From NCBI GenBank assembly GCA_038214915.1, contig JBBQRI010000001.1:1-50476 (forward strand): a DNA stretch of 50,476 nt. Reading direction: 5' to 3'. This stretch comes from Chthoniobacterales bacterium. GTDB lineage: Bacteria; Verrucomicrobiota; Verrucomicrobiia; Chthoniobacterales; UBA10450. Shown one piece after another: positions 25,810 through 35,126 of the stretch (positions within the stretch are counted from its first letter, which is position 1; each line of letters opens with the position of its first letter). The translations under genes were made by a program, and so were the position numbers. A model generated the notes under the pieces. The model saw only the letters and a list, made by a program, of their open reading frames with translations, did not search any database and was not told the DNA's origin.

Positions 25810-26292
25810 ATGAAAATACCGAAACAACTCATCGATTGTTTAGATCAAAACAAAGTGCAGTACGAAATCCTACACCACGCCGAGGCGGTCACGGCGCAAC
25901 GGATCGCCGCAAGCGGAACACGTCAAAGGCCGGCATCAGGCGAAAGTTGTGATGCTGAAATCTGGCGATCAACATTTGATCGTCGTGTTGCCAGCAGATC
26001 ACCACATCGATCTGGAGAAAATCGAGAAGGCGATCCGAAAATCTGTCTCTCTTGGTAAGGAAAATGACTTCAACTGTTCCCGGACTCCGCGATCGGAGCG
26101 ATGCCGCCGTTTGGGAATCTTTATGGTCTGCCTACTTACGTCGACAAGCATCTGGCCGAACAGGACTACATTGTGTTCGAGGCCGGCACACACACTGATG
26201 CGATAAAAATGAGCCACAGCGATTACGCGAAGATCGTTAAGCCAAAGGTGGAAGACTTGGCGATCAAGTTTCAGCCGATGAAAGGAGCTTGA
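25810..26292 (+). pseudogene. YbaK/aminoacyl-tRNA-editing-domain-like deacylase, broken across three frames
   Basis: Frame A reads MKIPKQLIDCLDQNKVQYEILHHAEAVTAQRIAA. Frame B reads EHVKGRHQAKVVMLKSGDQHLIVVLPADHHIDLEKIEKAIRKSVSLGKENDF. Frame C reads LFPDSAIGAMPPFGNLYGLPTYVDKHLAEQDYIVFEAGTHTD.... The shifts are near 25911-25925 and 26066-26080. Confidence 0.6.
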
Positions 26293-26330
26293 GCTTAAGG
26301 AAGAGCGGCGCAACGATTCGGACGAAGCGA

Positions 26331-27623
26331 ATGAAGATTCTGTTGGTCAGCATCTTTCTTTGCCTGGCCTGCACTGCGACACCGGCAGTGTTCGCCGCGG
26401 AGAAAGTTGGCTTTATCAATGTCGACGGCGCGATCGGGCCCGCGACAGCGAGTTACATTTTCCGAAGCATCGAAGAAGCCAAGGCGCAAAATGTGCAGTG
26501 CCTGGTGATTCAGCTCAACACGCCGGGCGGTCTGCTCGATTCGACTCAGAAAATTGTGCAAAGCTTCCTCGGATCTCCGGTTCCCGTTGTGGTTTACGTC
26601 GCGCCCACGGGGGCGACCGCGACCAGCGCAGGCTGTTTCATTACGCTGGCGGCCAATGTCGCGGCAATGGCGCCGGCCACTACGATCGGTGCGGCGCATC
26701 CGGTTTCCATCGGGGGTTTTCCAAGTAGTGGCGAAGAAAAGCCGGACGAAACCATGAAGCAGAAGCTCGAAAACTTTTCCGTCAGCTACATGGAGACCAT
26801 TGCGGGCAAGCGCCAGCGCAACGTTGAATGGGCCAAGTCCGCCGTAAAAGAGAGCGCTTCGATCACTGCGCAGAAAGCCATGGAATTGAAAGTTATCGAT
26901 TTGATCGCGACCGATATGCCAGATCTGCTGCAAAAATTGAACGGACGCGTAGTGGACGGCAAACGGCTCAACACCGCCGGCGCGCAACTGACCGAAATCA
27001 AGATGTCGCCGGCTGAGCGCGTATTTCAAAAACTGTGGCGACCGGAAGTCATGTTCATCCTGATGTTGATCGCGATCTACGGGATTATCGGCGAACTGAC
27101 TTCACCCGGAGCAATTCTTCCCGGTGTGGTCGGAGCGATTGCGTTGATTCTGGCGCTTTATCTGGCGGCGATTCTGCCAGTCAACGTGGCTGGACTCGTC
27201 CTGATCGCGCTCGCAATGATGCTTTTCATATTTGATCTTTACACGCCCACGCACGGCGTGCTCACAGTCGGCGGAGTCATTGCGTTTCTGATCGGTTCGC
27301 TCATGCTCTTTGATCGCGCCGATCCACTGTTTCGTTTGTCCTTGAGCTTCATCATTCCTGCAACACTCGTCACCGCCGCGTTCTTCATTTTCGTCATCGG
27401 AAAAGGACTGCGCGCGCAACTCTTGCCGGTGAAGGCGGGAAAAGAAACGCTTATCGGAAGGACTGTGACGGCGTTGACTCCAATTGATTCGCGCAACGGC
27501 AGGATCTTCGTCGAAGGCGAATACTGGAACGCGGTCAGCGATGCTCTGATAGAAAAAGGCGAAGAAGCTGAGATCGCAGCCGTGCATGGATTGACCATCA
27601 AATTAACGAGGAAAACTCGTTGA
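26331..27623 (+). CDS. NfeD-family membrane-bound ClpP-class serine protease
   Basis: It has a signal peptide, a ClpP-like domain (INTPGGLLDS, GATATSAGCFI), several TM helices and a C-terminal OB-fold NfeD domain (VEGEYWNAVS). Confidence 0.85.
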   Translation: MKILLVSIFLCLACTATPAVFAAEKVGFINVDGAIGPATASYIFRSIEEAKAQNVQCLVIQLNTPGGLLDSTQKIVQSFLGSPVPVVVYVAPTGATATSAGCFITLAANVAAMAPATTIGAAHPVSIGGFPSSGEEKPDETMKQKLENFSVSYMETIAGKRQRNVEWAKSAVKESASITAQKAMELKVIDLIATDMPDLLQKLNGRVVDGKRLNTAGAQLTEIKMSPAERVFQKLWRPEVMFILMLIAIYGIIGELTSPGAILPGVVGAIALILALYLAAILPVNVAGLVLIALAMMLFIFDLYTPTHGVLTVGGVIAFLIGSLMLFDRADPLFRLSLSFIIPATLVTAAFFIFVIGKGLRAQLLPVKAGKETLIGRTVTALTPIDSRNGRIFVEGEYWNAVSDALIEKGEEAEIAAVHGLTIKLTRKTR

Positions 27624-27772
27624 AAAGACCCGCCCACGCGATAAATCTGGATTGAACGCGAGGGGGGACCCGCGGGATTCAATGAAATCTCGCCTTGACG
27701 ATTGCGGTCTTATTTCCGATATAGGCGCTTGTCCTGCGTGGGTTTGAGTTGCGTGGGGCTGCGCTTCTGACT

Positions 27773-30106
27773 ATGCAACGTTTTTGTGGATGGATGCGCC
27801 CCCTGCCGGTTGCGATTTGGATCGCCTCCCTTTGTGGGCTTTTGACGACCGTAATTGTACGGGCGCAGGCGCCACCATCAGCTCCGGGACCTCCCATGAT
27901 CCGCGCCATCGAGGTGGAGTACACGGGCCCTGCATCGATCAGCAAAGAACGCATTCTGGCACAGATGCGCACAAAAGTGGGCCAGCTGTATTCGAACGAG
28001 ATCGTGCAGGATGACATCAAGGCGCTGTACAAAACCGGTTACATTCGAAACGTTCGAATCTTTGCTCAGCCTCAAGGCGACGGCGTGAAGGTGATCGTTG
28101 CCGTTCAAACCCAGGCGATCGTACGCGAGATCGAAATCACCGGTGCCGAACGGATCAAACCGAAGAGACTGCGCAAAGAGATAAAAGTGAGACTCAATCA
28201 GGCGGTTGACGAGCAGGCACTCGAGGAGGCGCGCCAGAAAATCATCGAAGTTTATCAGGGGCACGGATACAACGACGTGAGCGTTGCATTCCGCGTGGAT
28301 CCAATCGACGAGAAACGCGGCACAGCGCGTGTCGTTTTCACCGTGACCGAGGGCGTCAAAGGCGCGATAAGCCAGGTCCGGTTTGAGGGCAATGCGCATA
28401 TTACCCAAGGGGCATTACGCAAACAGATGAAAACCCGTGGCAGAACGTTCATCTATTTCATGGATAAGACAGGTCGGCTTGATGAAGTTCAGTTGGAACA
28501 GGACTTGGACAAGATCCGGGAGTACTATCAAAACCACGGCTTCATCGACGTGGAAATAAAGGAAGTGCGCAAAGATCGCACTCCGAAGGGCCCGATGATC
28601 ATCACGATCGTGATTGTGGAAGGTCCACAATATCACGTACGCAAACTGACAATTTCCGGTTACCAGCACAGCACCGAAGCAAGAGTTCGCGCCTTCTTAA
28701 AACTGAAAGAAGGCAGCGTCTATTCGCCGAAACAGCTCCGCGACGACGCCAAGGCCGTTGCCGACGCATACGGCAGCGGAGGCTACGTCGATCTCGTGAT
28801 TACACCCGAGGGCACGCCCGCCGGACCCGCGCTCATAGACGTGCACTACACTATCGAAGAGGGCACTCGCTCGTTTGTGAATCGGGTAAATATCGAGGGC
28901 AACACGCGCACCAAGGATAAGGTCATCCGTCGCGAAGTGCTTGTCGCCCCGGGAGATGTTTTCAACACGGTTCGTGTAGACACCACGAAGAAGCGTCTGG
29001 ACAACCTGGGTTACTTTGCAAAGGTCGAGACTTATCCGGAAGAAACAGATATACCGGGGCGGAAAGACCTAACGATTCTCGTCCAGGAAAAACGCACCGG
29101 TTCGCTCAGTTTTGGAGGTGGCTTCAGCACGGTCGATAAATTGGTAGGGTTTGCGGAGCTCACCCAAGGCAATTTCGATCTGTTCAACTGGCCTTCGTTC
29201 ACCGGTGGGGGACAAAAATTCCGGTTACGTCTTCAGTATGGAACCGAGCGAAGGGATTTTGTTCTGACGATCACCGAACCTTACTTCCTCGATCGACGTC
29301 TTTCGCTGACTGGCCAGGCCTTTTACACCGAGGCGAATTACTTGAGCTCCCAATACAATCAGCGCAATTACGGGTTGTTATTCGAGCTGCGCAAGCCAAT
29401 CAACGCGTACATGTACGCCACGCTGGGATATACGTTGCAGGACATCGATATTTTTAACGTGGATCCTAGCGCCTCTGAGTTCATCCAGTCGCAAAAGGGA
29501 TCGTCAGTGGAAAGTAAAGTTTTTACTAGCGTGGTCCTTGATACGCGCGACAACCCCTTGCTTTCCCGCCGCGGACAACGCGTTACTTTGTCCCCTTTTA
29601 TCGCCGGCGGTTTTCTGGGAGGCGATACCCAGATTTACGGGTTCGATCTGGAGGGATCGCAATATTTCCGGTTACCCAAGGATACCATCCTGCTCATCAA
29701 CGGCGAAATCGGGACGGTAAGCCAATGGGGTGCCGGCGACGTGGTGCCAATTTACGAACGACTCTTCCTCGGCGGTTCGAACAATCTCCGAGGCTTTCCG
29801 TTCCGGGAAGTGGGCCCTAAGGATGAAAACGGCGAGCCGACGGGCGGCCAAACGATGGCGCGCGGAACGATTGAGTGGACGTTCCCGATCATTGAAAAAG
29901 CCCGGGGCGCACTTTTTTACGACATGGGTTTTGTGAATAGCGAGGCCTGGTCTTTTGGCTTCAACCATATGGCTTCGGATATCGGTATCGGACTCAGGCT
30001 TGATTTGCCGATCGGTCCACTACGCCTCGATTACGGGTACCCGGTGATGCGTGACGGGTACAACGGCGGCGGCCATTTCAACTTCAACGTGGGCTATCAA
30101 TTTTGA
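27773..30106 (+). CDS. bamA: Outer membrane protein assembly factor BamA
   Basis: It has a signal peptide, five POTRA-like repeats (IRAIEVEY.., VREIEITG.., ISQVRFEGN.., VRKLTISG.., VNRVNIEGN) and an Omp85 barrel ending NFNVGYQF. Confidence 0.9.
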   Translation: MQRFCGWMRPLPVAIWIASLCGLLTTVIVRAQAPPSAPGPPMIRAIEVEYTGPASISKERILAQMRTKVGQLYSNEIVQDDIKALYKTGYIRNVRIFAQPQGDGVKVIVAVQTQAIVREIEITGAERIKPKRLRKEIKVRLNQAVDEQALEEARQKIIEVYQGHGYNDVSVAFRVDPIDEKRGTARVVFTVTEGVKGAISQVRFEGNAHITQGALRKQMKTRGRTFIYFMDKTGRLDEVQLEQDLDKIREYYQNHGFIDVEIKEVRKDRTPKGPMIITIVIVEGPQYHVRKLTISGYQHSTEARVRAFLKLKEGSVYSPKQLRDDAKAVADAYGSGGYVDLVITPEGTPAGPALIDVHYTIEEGTRSFVNRVNIEGNTRTKDKVIRREVLVAPGDVFNTVRVDTTKKRLDNLGYFAKVETYPEETDIPGRKDLTILVQEKRTGSLSFGGGFSTVDKLVGFAELTQGNFDLFNWPSFTGGGQKFRLRLQYGTERRDFVLTITEPYFLDRRLSLTGQAFYTEANYLSSQYNQRNYGLLFELRKPINAYMYATLGYTLQDIDIFNVDPSASEFIQSQKGSSVESKVFTSVVLDTRDNPLLSRRGQRVTLSPFIAGGFLGGDTQIYGFDLEGSQYFRLPKDTILLINGEIGTVSQWGAGDVVPIYERLFLGGSNNLRGFPFREVGPKDENGEPTGGQTMARGTIEWTFPIIEKARGALFYDMGFVNSEAWSFGFNHMASDIGIGLRLDLPIGPLRLDYGYPVMRDGYNGGGHFNFNVGYQF

Positions 30107-30161
30107 ACGAATATATGTGGTTGCAGTCTAACGCGATTCGTCCACCGTATCCTCTGTTTCT

Positions 30162-30806
30162 ATGAAAAAGTCTCTATCAATACTCTCTGCGCTGGCGCTA
30201 GTTGCTCCTATTGCGGCCTTCGCGCAGGGCACTGCCAAAATTGGAACGGTCGATATGCAGCGCGCGTTCAAGGATTACAACAAAACCAAGGACGCCGAGG
30301 TAAAAATCAACGAGGCCAAAAACGCCGCCAAAAAGGAATACGATGACCGGGCGGAAGCTTACAAAAAGGCGCTCGACGAAATCAATAATCTGAACAAGCA
30401 GCTTGAGTCTCCGGCATTGAGCGCCGACAAGAAGACGGGCATGGCCAAGGAGCGCGACGACAAAATCGCCACCATTAAAAGCATGGAGCGAGAGATCAAC
30501 AACTTTCGCCAGACACGGGAGCAGCAGTTGCAGGAGCAATTAATGCGAATGCGCGAGGGAATCGTGAAAGAAATTACCGAAGTCGTCGTTGAGAAAGTCA
30601 AAGCCAAGAGCCTCGATTTTGTGCTGGATAAATCGGGCGTAAGTATCAACGGCGTCCCTGTCGTGCTGTACGCGCCAGACAACGTTGATTTCACAAACGA
30701 GATCGTCGAGACGCTAAACAAACCCGGTCGCGCTACAGCTTCGACCAGGAAGCCTGCGGCAGCCCCGTCCGTCAGCCCGGCGGCAGCAAGAGCAACGAAA
30801 CCCTGA
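30162..30806 (+). CDS. OmpH/Skp-family periplasmic chaperone
   Basis: It has a signal peptide, IGTVDMQRAF, and a long coiled-coil. Its position directly after bamA is canonical. Confidence 0.85.
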   Translation: MKKSLSILSALALVAPIAAFAQGTAKIGTVDMQRAFKDYNKTKDAEVKINEAKNAAKKEYDDRAEAYKKALDEINNLNKQLESPALSADKKTGMAKERDDKIATIKSMEREINNFRQTREQQLQEQLMRMREGIVKEITEVVVEKVKAKSLDFVLDKSGVSINGVPVVLYAPDNVDFTNEIVETLNKPGRATASTRKPAAAPSVSPAAARATKP

Positions 30807-30827
30807 GGTTCGCCTCGAATTTCCACA

Positions 30828-30860
30828 ATACACGCGGGCTAAACTCGCGTGTATTTTTTT
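30828..30860 (+). terminator. Rho-independent terminator (ATACACGCG-loop-CGCGTGTAT followed by T7)
   Basis: 9-bp stem, 9-nt loop and a run of 7 T, located 22 nt after the skp-like stop. Confidence 0.75.
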
Positions 30861-30894
30861 GTACGGATGAAATCGCACACTGGCACGGCGATGG

Positions 30895-31746
30895 TTGGGT
30901 GCAGTTGCGAACCTCCAGAGAATGTTTTTTCGATCCCGATTCCGAGTAAGTAATTGCGCGATTACGATCTTGCTCGCGTCTTGGACCGGTTCGTTCGCTG
31001 CGGATTGGGAGGCAACACTCAGCAAAGAGCCGGCCGGGAATTTTCCTGCGTTGCGCCCTCTGCGTGCGTCTTATCGCTTCGGGTGGTCCGGAGTGACCGC
31101 GGCTACCGGTGAAGTTCACTTCAACAAACCATCGAACGACAGGTTTCAACTTGAAAGTACAGGCCGAACCATTGGTTTTGTCCGGGCCTTGTGGAAACTG
31201 GATGCCACGTATCGTGCCGTCGCGAACTCCCAAACACTGGCTCCGATTGAAACGGAGCAAAGCGAAAGCTACCGATTAAAAAAAATTGTAACCCATCTCA
31301 CTTTCACCAACAGCGGAGTGACTCGGGCACGAACCGAAGGCGAAGGCGCCGCCGCTAAGACAACCAAACGCGACTTTACCTTGCCTAACTTGTTCGATTT
31401 GCACTCCGCGGCACTTTACCTGCGCAGTCAGCCGCTCAAACAAGGGAGCGTTTATCGCCTGGCGGTTTACGCGGCAACAAACGCCTACCTGGCCACTGTG
31501 ACCGTAACCGGGCGGGAAAAAAGCTCCGTGAGCGCCGGCGCTTACAACGCGATCAAGCTTGATCTGCAACTCAAACGCATCGGAAAGCATCTCGATTTGG
31601 AGCCGCACAAGAAATTTCGTCGTGCCACAATCTGGGTGTCAGACGATGCTGAGAGGCTCATCCTTCGCATCGATGCACAGATTTCCGTAGGCACAGTTTT
31701 CGCCGAACTGCAGTCAGTGCGTTTCGACAATCCAAACCAAGGTTAG
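30895..31746 (+). CDS. DUF3108-like secreted protein
   Basis: The pattern is all-beta with a signal-like N-terminus, with ASYRFGWSGVTAATGEVHF and IWVSDDAERLILRIDAQISVGTVFAEL resembling DUF3108. The start is TTG at 30895 or ATG at 30922. Confidence 0.6.
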   Translation: MGAVANLQRMFFRSRFRVSNCAITILLASWTGSFAADWEATLSKEPAGNFPALRPLRASYRFGWSGVTAATGEVHFNKPSNDRFQLESTGRTIGFVRALWKLDATYRAVANSQTLAPIETEQSESYRLKKIVTHLTFTNSGVTRARTEGEGAAAKTTKRDFTLPNLFDLHSAALYLRSQPLKQGSVYRLAVYAATNAYLATVTVTGREKSSVSAGAYNAIKLDLQLKRIGKHLDLEPHKKFRRATIWVSDDAERLILRIDAQISVGTVFAELQSVRFDNPNQG

Positions 31747-32492
31747 TCGGGCTCCCATTGACCACGAATCGGCGGCCCGGGCCGCGGACGCATTCGCTGG
31801 CGGTAGGGATTGTAAAACGGCTGGCGCGGCCCCGGCAACAAGCGCAGCGCCGCGAGCGTTTGCCGATCCAGTCGGCCAGTCACCGGCAGTCTCGTTCGCG
31901 CTTGATAGGCGCGCAGGGATAGTTCCATCGCAGGTCCGTAGATTCCGTCAATTTGTTCGCGATACAGTCCAGACCGCGCGAGGACGATTTGCGCCGAGAC
32001 GATCACATTGCGTTGCACGCCGGGAGGAGCGGCCTGAAATGGCGTGTCGGCAAAAACTGTCCCCGGTGAACTGGCCGGACCCATGGGAGTTGAGGGAAAA
32101 ACCTGCTGGTCTTGTGGCGCGTTACTGAAAGGCTGAACCGGAGGTGTCGCAGGTGGGGTTTCCGTCTCGTCGGGAGGGGGCTCGCTGGGCACAGCACCCG
32201 CCGCAGGAGTCGGTGACGCAGGTTTGATCGTTGGTCGTGATGACCCGGAAGATTTAATCCCGAGCGATCGCAGCGTCTCATCATTGAGCTCGCCGCTAAC
32301 CTGCAGGCCATTGCGAATTTGATAACGGCGAATCGCTGCAGTGAGATTCGCATTCATGTCGCCGTTGACTTCGCCGTAGTAGAAACCCTCGTCCTTCAAA
32401 GCCTGCTGCACGCTTTCAACGAGTTGGTCCGCCCGCATCAGCATCATCGATCCCATGAAGATCACCGCAGCGGTTGTGATTTTCATGGTCAT
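31743..32492 (-). CDS. Secreted protein with two peptidoglycan-binding (PG_binding_1) domains and a Pro-rich linker
   Basis: The two repeats are ALKDEGFYYGEVNGDMNANLTAAIRRYQIRNGLQVSGELNDETL and ARSGLYREQIDGIYGPAMELSLRAYQARTRLPVTGRLDRQTL. Confidence 0.8.
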   Translation of the reverse strand: MTMKITTAAVIFMGSMMLMRADQLVESVQQALKDEGFYYGEVNGDMNANLTAAIRRYQIRNGLQVSGELNDETLRSLGIKSSGSSRPTIKPASPTPAAGAVPSEPPPDETETPPATPPVQPFSNAPQDQQVFPSTPMGPASSPGTVFADTPFQAAPPGVQRNVIVSAQIVLARSGLYREQIDGIYGPAMELSLRAYQARTRLPVTGRLDRQTLAALRLLPGPRQPFYNPYRQRMRPRPGPPIRGQWEPD

Positions 32493-32513
32493 TCGACGAC
32501 GAAGCCCTTTTGC

Positions 32514-33311
32514 CTATTCAGCGCTCTTCTGACCTGTGGCTGCCAATGTTGATTTCCGCTGACTCACCACGTCGCGATACCGCAGAATGCCGTCGGCAAC
32601 TGCTGCCGCTAATTGGTCGCGATAATCCTCACTCGCAAGTTTCGAAAGTTCATCCTTGTTCGTAATAAAGCCGCCCTCAATCAAGACCGCAGGTGAAGTC
32701 ACGTTTGCGATTACAAAAAATTGTTTGGCTTGCGTCCCGCGGTCGATGGAGCGGGTCCGCGCCACCAGCGCTTGCTGAATGAAACCGGCGAGACTTTGGC
32801 TTTCGGGCTTCGGCGAATTAGACGGCGGCCCCGAGAAAAACGGCAGCCACGAAGCGAGAGTCGAGCCCGAAGCGATTTGATGTGCAGCATAGTACGTTTC
32901 CACGCCGCTCGCGACGGGTTTATTGTCTTCGTTGAAATGAATACTGATAAAAATGCTCTCGTTCGCCCGATTCCCGAACGCTGCGCGATCGGCCAGTGAG
33001 ACATAGCTGTCCCCGAGCCGGGTCATCAATGTGGCGACACCTTCCGAGTCCAGGAGCCGATCGACACGGCGCGCAACGTCCAACGTCAGATCTTTTTCCA
33101 TGACGCCGCCACACATCGCGCCGGAGTCCTGACCCCCATGGCCTGGATCAAGAACGACTACTGCGAACGGCTTGGGCGTTCCTGGCTGAGTCGCATTCGG
33201 TTGCGCGTTAACCGCCGGTCGCTTCTCTTGATGGAACGAAATCCAGACAAGCGAGGCGATGATCAACAACAAGCCTGCGACCCCCAGCAAATTCCGGATG
33301 GCTCGTTTCAT
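32514..33311 (-). CDS. N-acetylmuramoyl-L-alanine amidase (Amidase_3, AmiC-type)
   Basis: It has an N-terminal TM/signal segment and the motifs VVLDPGHGGQDSGA, FISIHFN and LIEGGFITN. Confidence 0.9.
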   Translation of the reverse strand: MKRAIRNLLGVAGLLLIIASLVWISFHQEKRPAVNAQPNATQPGTPKPFAVVVLDPGHGGQDSGAMCGGVMEKDLTLDVARRVDRLLDSEGVATLMTRLGDSYVSLADRAAFGNRANESIFISIHFNEDNKPVASGVETYYAAHQIASGSTLASWLPFFSGPPSNSPKPESQSLAGFIQQALVARTRSIDRGTQAKQFFVIANVTSPAVLIEGGFITNKDELSKLASEDYRDQLAAAVADGILRYRDVVSQRKSTLAATGQKSAE

Positions 33312-33349
33312 TTGTGGTCCACGTCAGAAAAACTTTCCTCATAATTTAA

Positions 33350-34129
33350 TCACCGAGAAATGATGGAGCGCAATTCCTTATCTGTTACCGAACGATAACG
33401 AATTGGCCTGCTACTATCGCGCTCCAGCACTGCTGCTTCGATTGCAGCAATGGTGAGTTGTTCCTGGCGATGTTGCGCGATGGCGTCGCGCGCGGGCAGC
33501 TCTTTTGCTTCGCTGGCTTGCAACAACATGTGCCCGACACTCCATGCGTCGAGCGCCGAGTTCATTGCCGTTTCAAAGCTGGCATCCGGTTTGTGCTCGC
33601 TTTTGAGAAATGCTTCCATCAGTTCGACCGATTGGCGCGTGCCGGTGAGCACCGCGAAATCTTGTCGCGCTCGCGCGTAGGTCGCGCCGTTGCTCGCAAT
33701 CTCGCCGTCGTATTCAACTCGCAAAAACATATCGTCCTCGGGGCGTGCGCCCACCTCTGCGAAAAGCATCCGCGCCAGATACGGCGGCCCGTAGACCTGC
33801 TCGAACGCGCTTTTCATGACAGGACTGAGCGAATAATGCGCGAGCCGCCGCAGTGAAACATCCCCAGCCGAGCGAGTGAAGCCCTCGGTGCTGGCCAGTT
33901 CAATCGCGGCCATTCGCAACCGCTCGATGTCGCCAGGATGCCCAATCGCTCCCATTGCGATCCGATCGTAGATCTCGAAAAGTTTCTGGCGCGTCTGACC
34001 AAGCGTGAGAAACAGAATGCCTTCCCGGTAACCCAGCGCCGCTATGGGGCTACCGGGGGCGAGCTGTCCTTCGACGTACTCGCGCCTGTTGGCGATGGCT
34101 TCGACCCAACGATACGGCTCTTCGATCAT
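33350..34129 (-). CDS. prcA: 20S proteasome alpha-type subunit
   Basis: The fold pattern is Ntn-hydrolase without an N-terminal Thr nucleophile (GSPIAALGYREGILFLTL..IYDRIAMGAIG). A 4-nt overlap couples it to the beta subunit gene. Confidence 0.75.
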   Translation of the reverse strand: MIEEPYRWVEAIANRREYVEGQLAPGSPIAALGYREGILFLTLGQTRQKLFEIYDRIAMGAIGHPGDIERLRMAAIELASTEGFTRSAGDVSLRRLAHYSLSPVMKSAFEQVYGPPYLARMLFAEVGARPEDDMFLRVEYDGEIASNGATYARARQDFAVLTGTRQSVELMEAFLKSEHKPDASFETAMNSALDAWSVGHMLLQASEAKELPARDAIAQHRQEQLTIAAIEAAVLERDSSRPIRYRSVTDKELRSIISR

Positions 34130-34950
34130 GCAACCAATTCTTTGAACACGGCGGCGATTTTGCTCTCGGGCAAAGTGGTGATGCCTTCCCGCGACACAAT
34201 CTTGATCACGGGATAAATCTTTCCGCTGCGATCCACGCCCGCTGTCGCCGTGTCGGATTCCGCAGCGGTGTCGAGCGCGCGCAGTGCGAGCGATACTGCT
34301 TCCTGTTCGTTCAACTCGTGTAGCCGCTTCCCGCCCCAGTTGTTTGCATAATAGAGAATACCGCGAACCGCAGGCGAGCCGGACCCCGTCGCCGCGTAAT
34401 CGGCCGCTTCAAATTGCGCGCCCATTGCATCATAGAAATAAAGGCGCGCCTCGGGTTTCGAATTTCCGTCGTAAGTCGCAAAGATCGGGACTACGACGCC
34501 GATGCCTTGCATGACGAATCCGAAATTGTCACGCAACAATTTCGAGAGCGCTCGCACTTTGCCGTCGACACTCATTTCCTGGAGCTGAGTTCTCCGAAAA
34601 TATTGGAGTGAATGCTCGAGCACGCGCGCCATCTCCCACGCGGTCGCAGGCACGCCGGCGATGGCCATTATCGAGTGCTGATCAATCTCCAACACCTTAT
34701 CCGCACGATCATAGACGACGGTGTTACCCGCAGTCGCACGGCGATCTCCTGCGACCAGAACGCCTCCGGAAAATTTGAAGGCAAGGATCGTGGTCGCGTC
34801 GGTCAGTTGCCACGTCTGTTGTTGCGTCGCGGTTTGTGGCATTGGACCGATGGCAGTCGGGCCCAACAAGCCTTTGCGTCGTAGCAGCGAAGGAAAATCG
34901 TCAGCTGCACCAGAGAAGTTCTGGTCAAATCCCAACTGTGAACGGTCCAT
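34126..34950 (-). CDS. prcB: 20S proteasome beta subunit with propeptide
   Basis: A propeptide of about 52 aa precedes TTILAFKFSGGVLVAGDRRAT (catalytic Thr codon 34792-34794). GSGS is in ATGSGSPA. Confidence 0.85.
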   Translation of the reverse strand: MDRSQLGFDQNFSGAADDFPSLLRRKGLLGPTAIGPMPQTATQQQTWQLTDATTILAFKFSGGVLVAGDRRATAGNTVVYDRADKVLEIDQHSIMAIAGVPATAWEMARVLEHSLQYFRRTQLQEMSVDGKVRALSKLLRDNFGFVMQGIGVVVPIFATYDGNSKPEARLYFYDAMGAQFEAADYAATGSGSPAVRGILYYANNWGGKRLHELNEQEAVSLALRALDTAAESDTATAGVDRSGKIYPVIKIVSREGITTLPESKIAAVFKELVA

Positions 34951-35126
34951 TACTGACCCGTGCGCTGGCGATAGCGCTTGGATTGGTTGGGATCGACCTT
35001 GCGCATTTTCTTTAACAGGTCCTTTGTGTCCGGTCGCGAAACGTCCGGCGCACGCGGACTACCGCCATCGCCTTGTTTTGGTCCCCACGGAGCCGGTTCC
35101 ACCGGCTTTTGAATGCGCTCAGGCAT
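34950..35126 (-). CDS. UBact/Pup-like prokaryotic ubiquitin-like modifier
   Basis: The 58-aa product from ATG 35126 is MPERIQKPVEPAPWGPKQGDGGSPRAPDVSRPDTKDLLKKMRKVDPNQSKRYRQRTGQ. It is predicted to be disordered, with the LLKxMRxVDP...RYRQRTG[QE] C-terminus I recall for UBact. Its stop overlaps the prcB ATG (TAATG). Confidence 0.7.
   Translation of the reverse strand: MPERIQKPVEPAPWGPKQGDGGSPRAPDVSRPDTKDLLKKMRKVDPNQSKRYRQRTGQ

Noticed and set aside
16086-27623. SPFH and NfeD as a functional operon pair
   Set aside because: These families usually pair as adjacent genes. Here they are about 9.5 kb apart on opposite strands, so no operon can be claimed from this window.
27695-27723. Sigma70-like promoter upstream of bamA (TTGACG-N17-GATATA)
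   Set aside because: The -35 box is good but the -10 box is poor. Promoter consensus in this lineage is unknown, so it is too weak to list as a feature.
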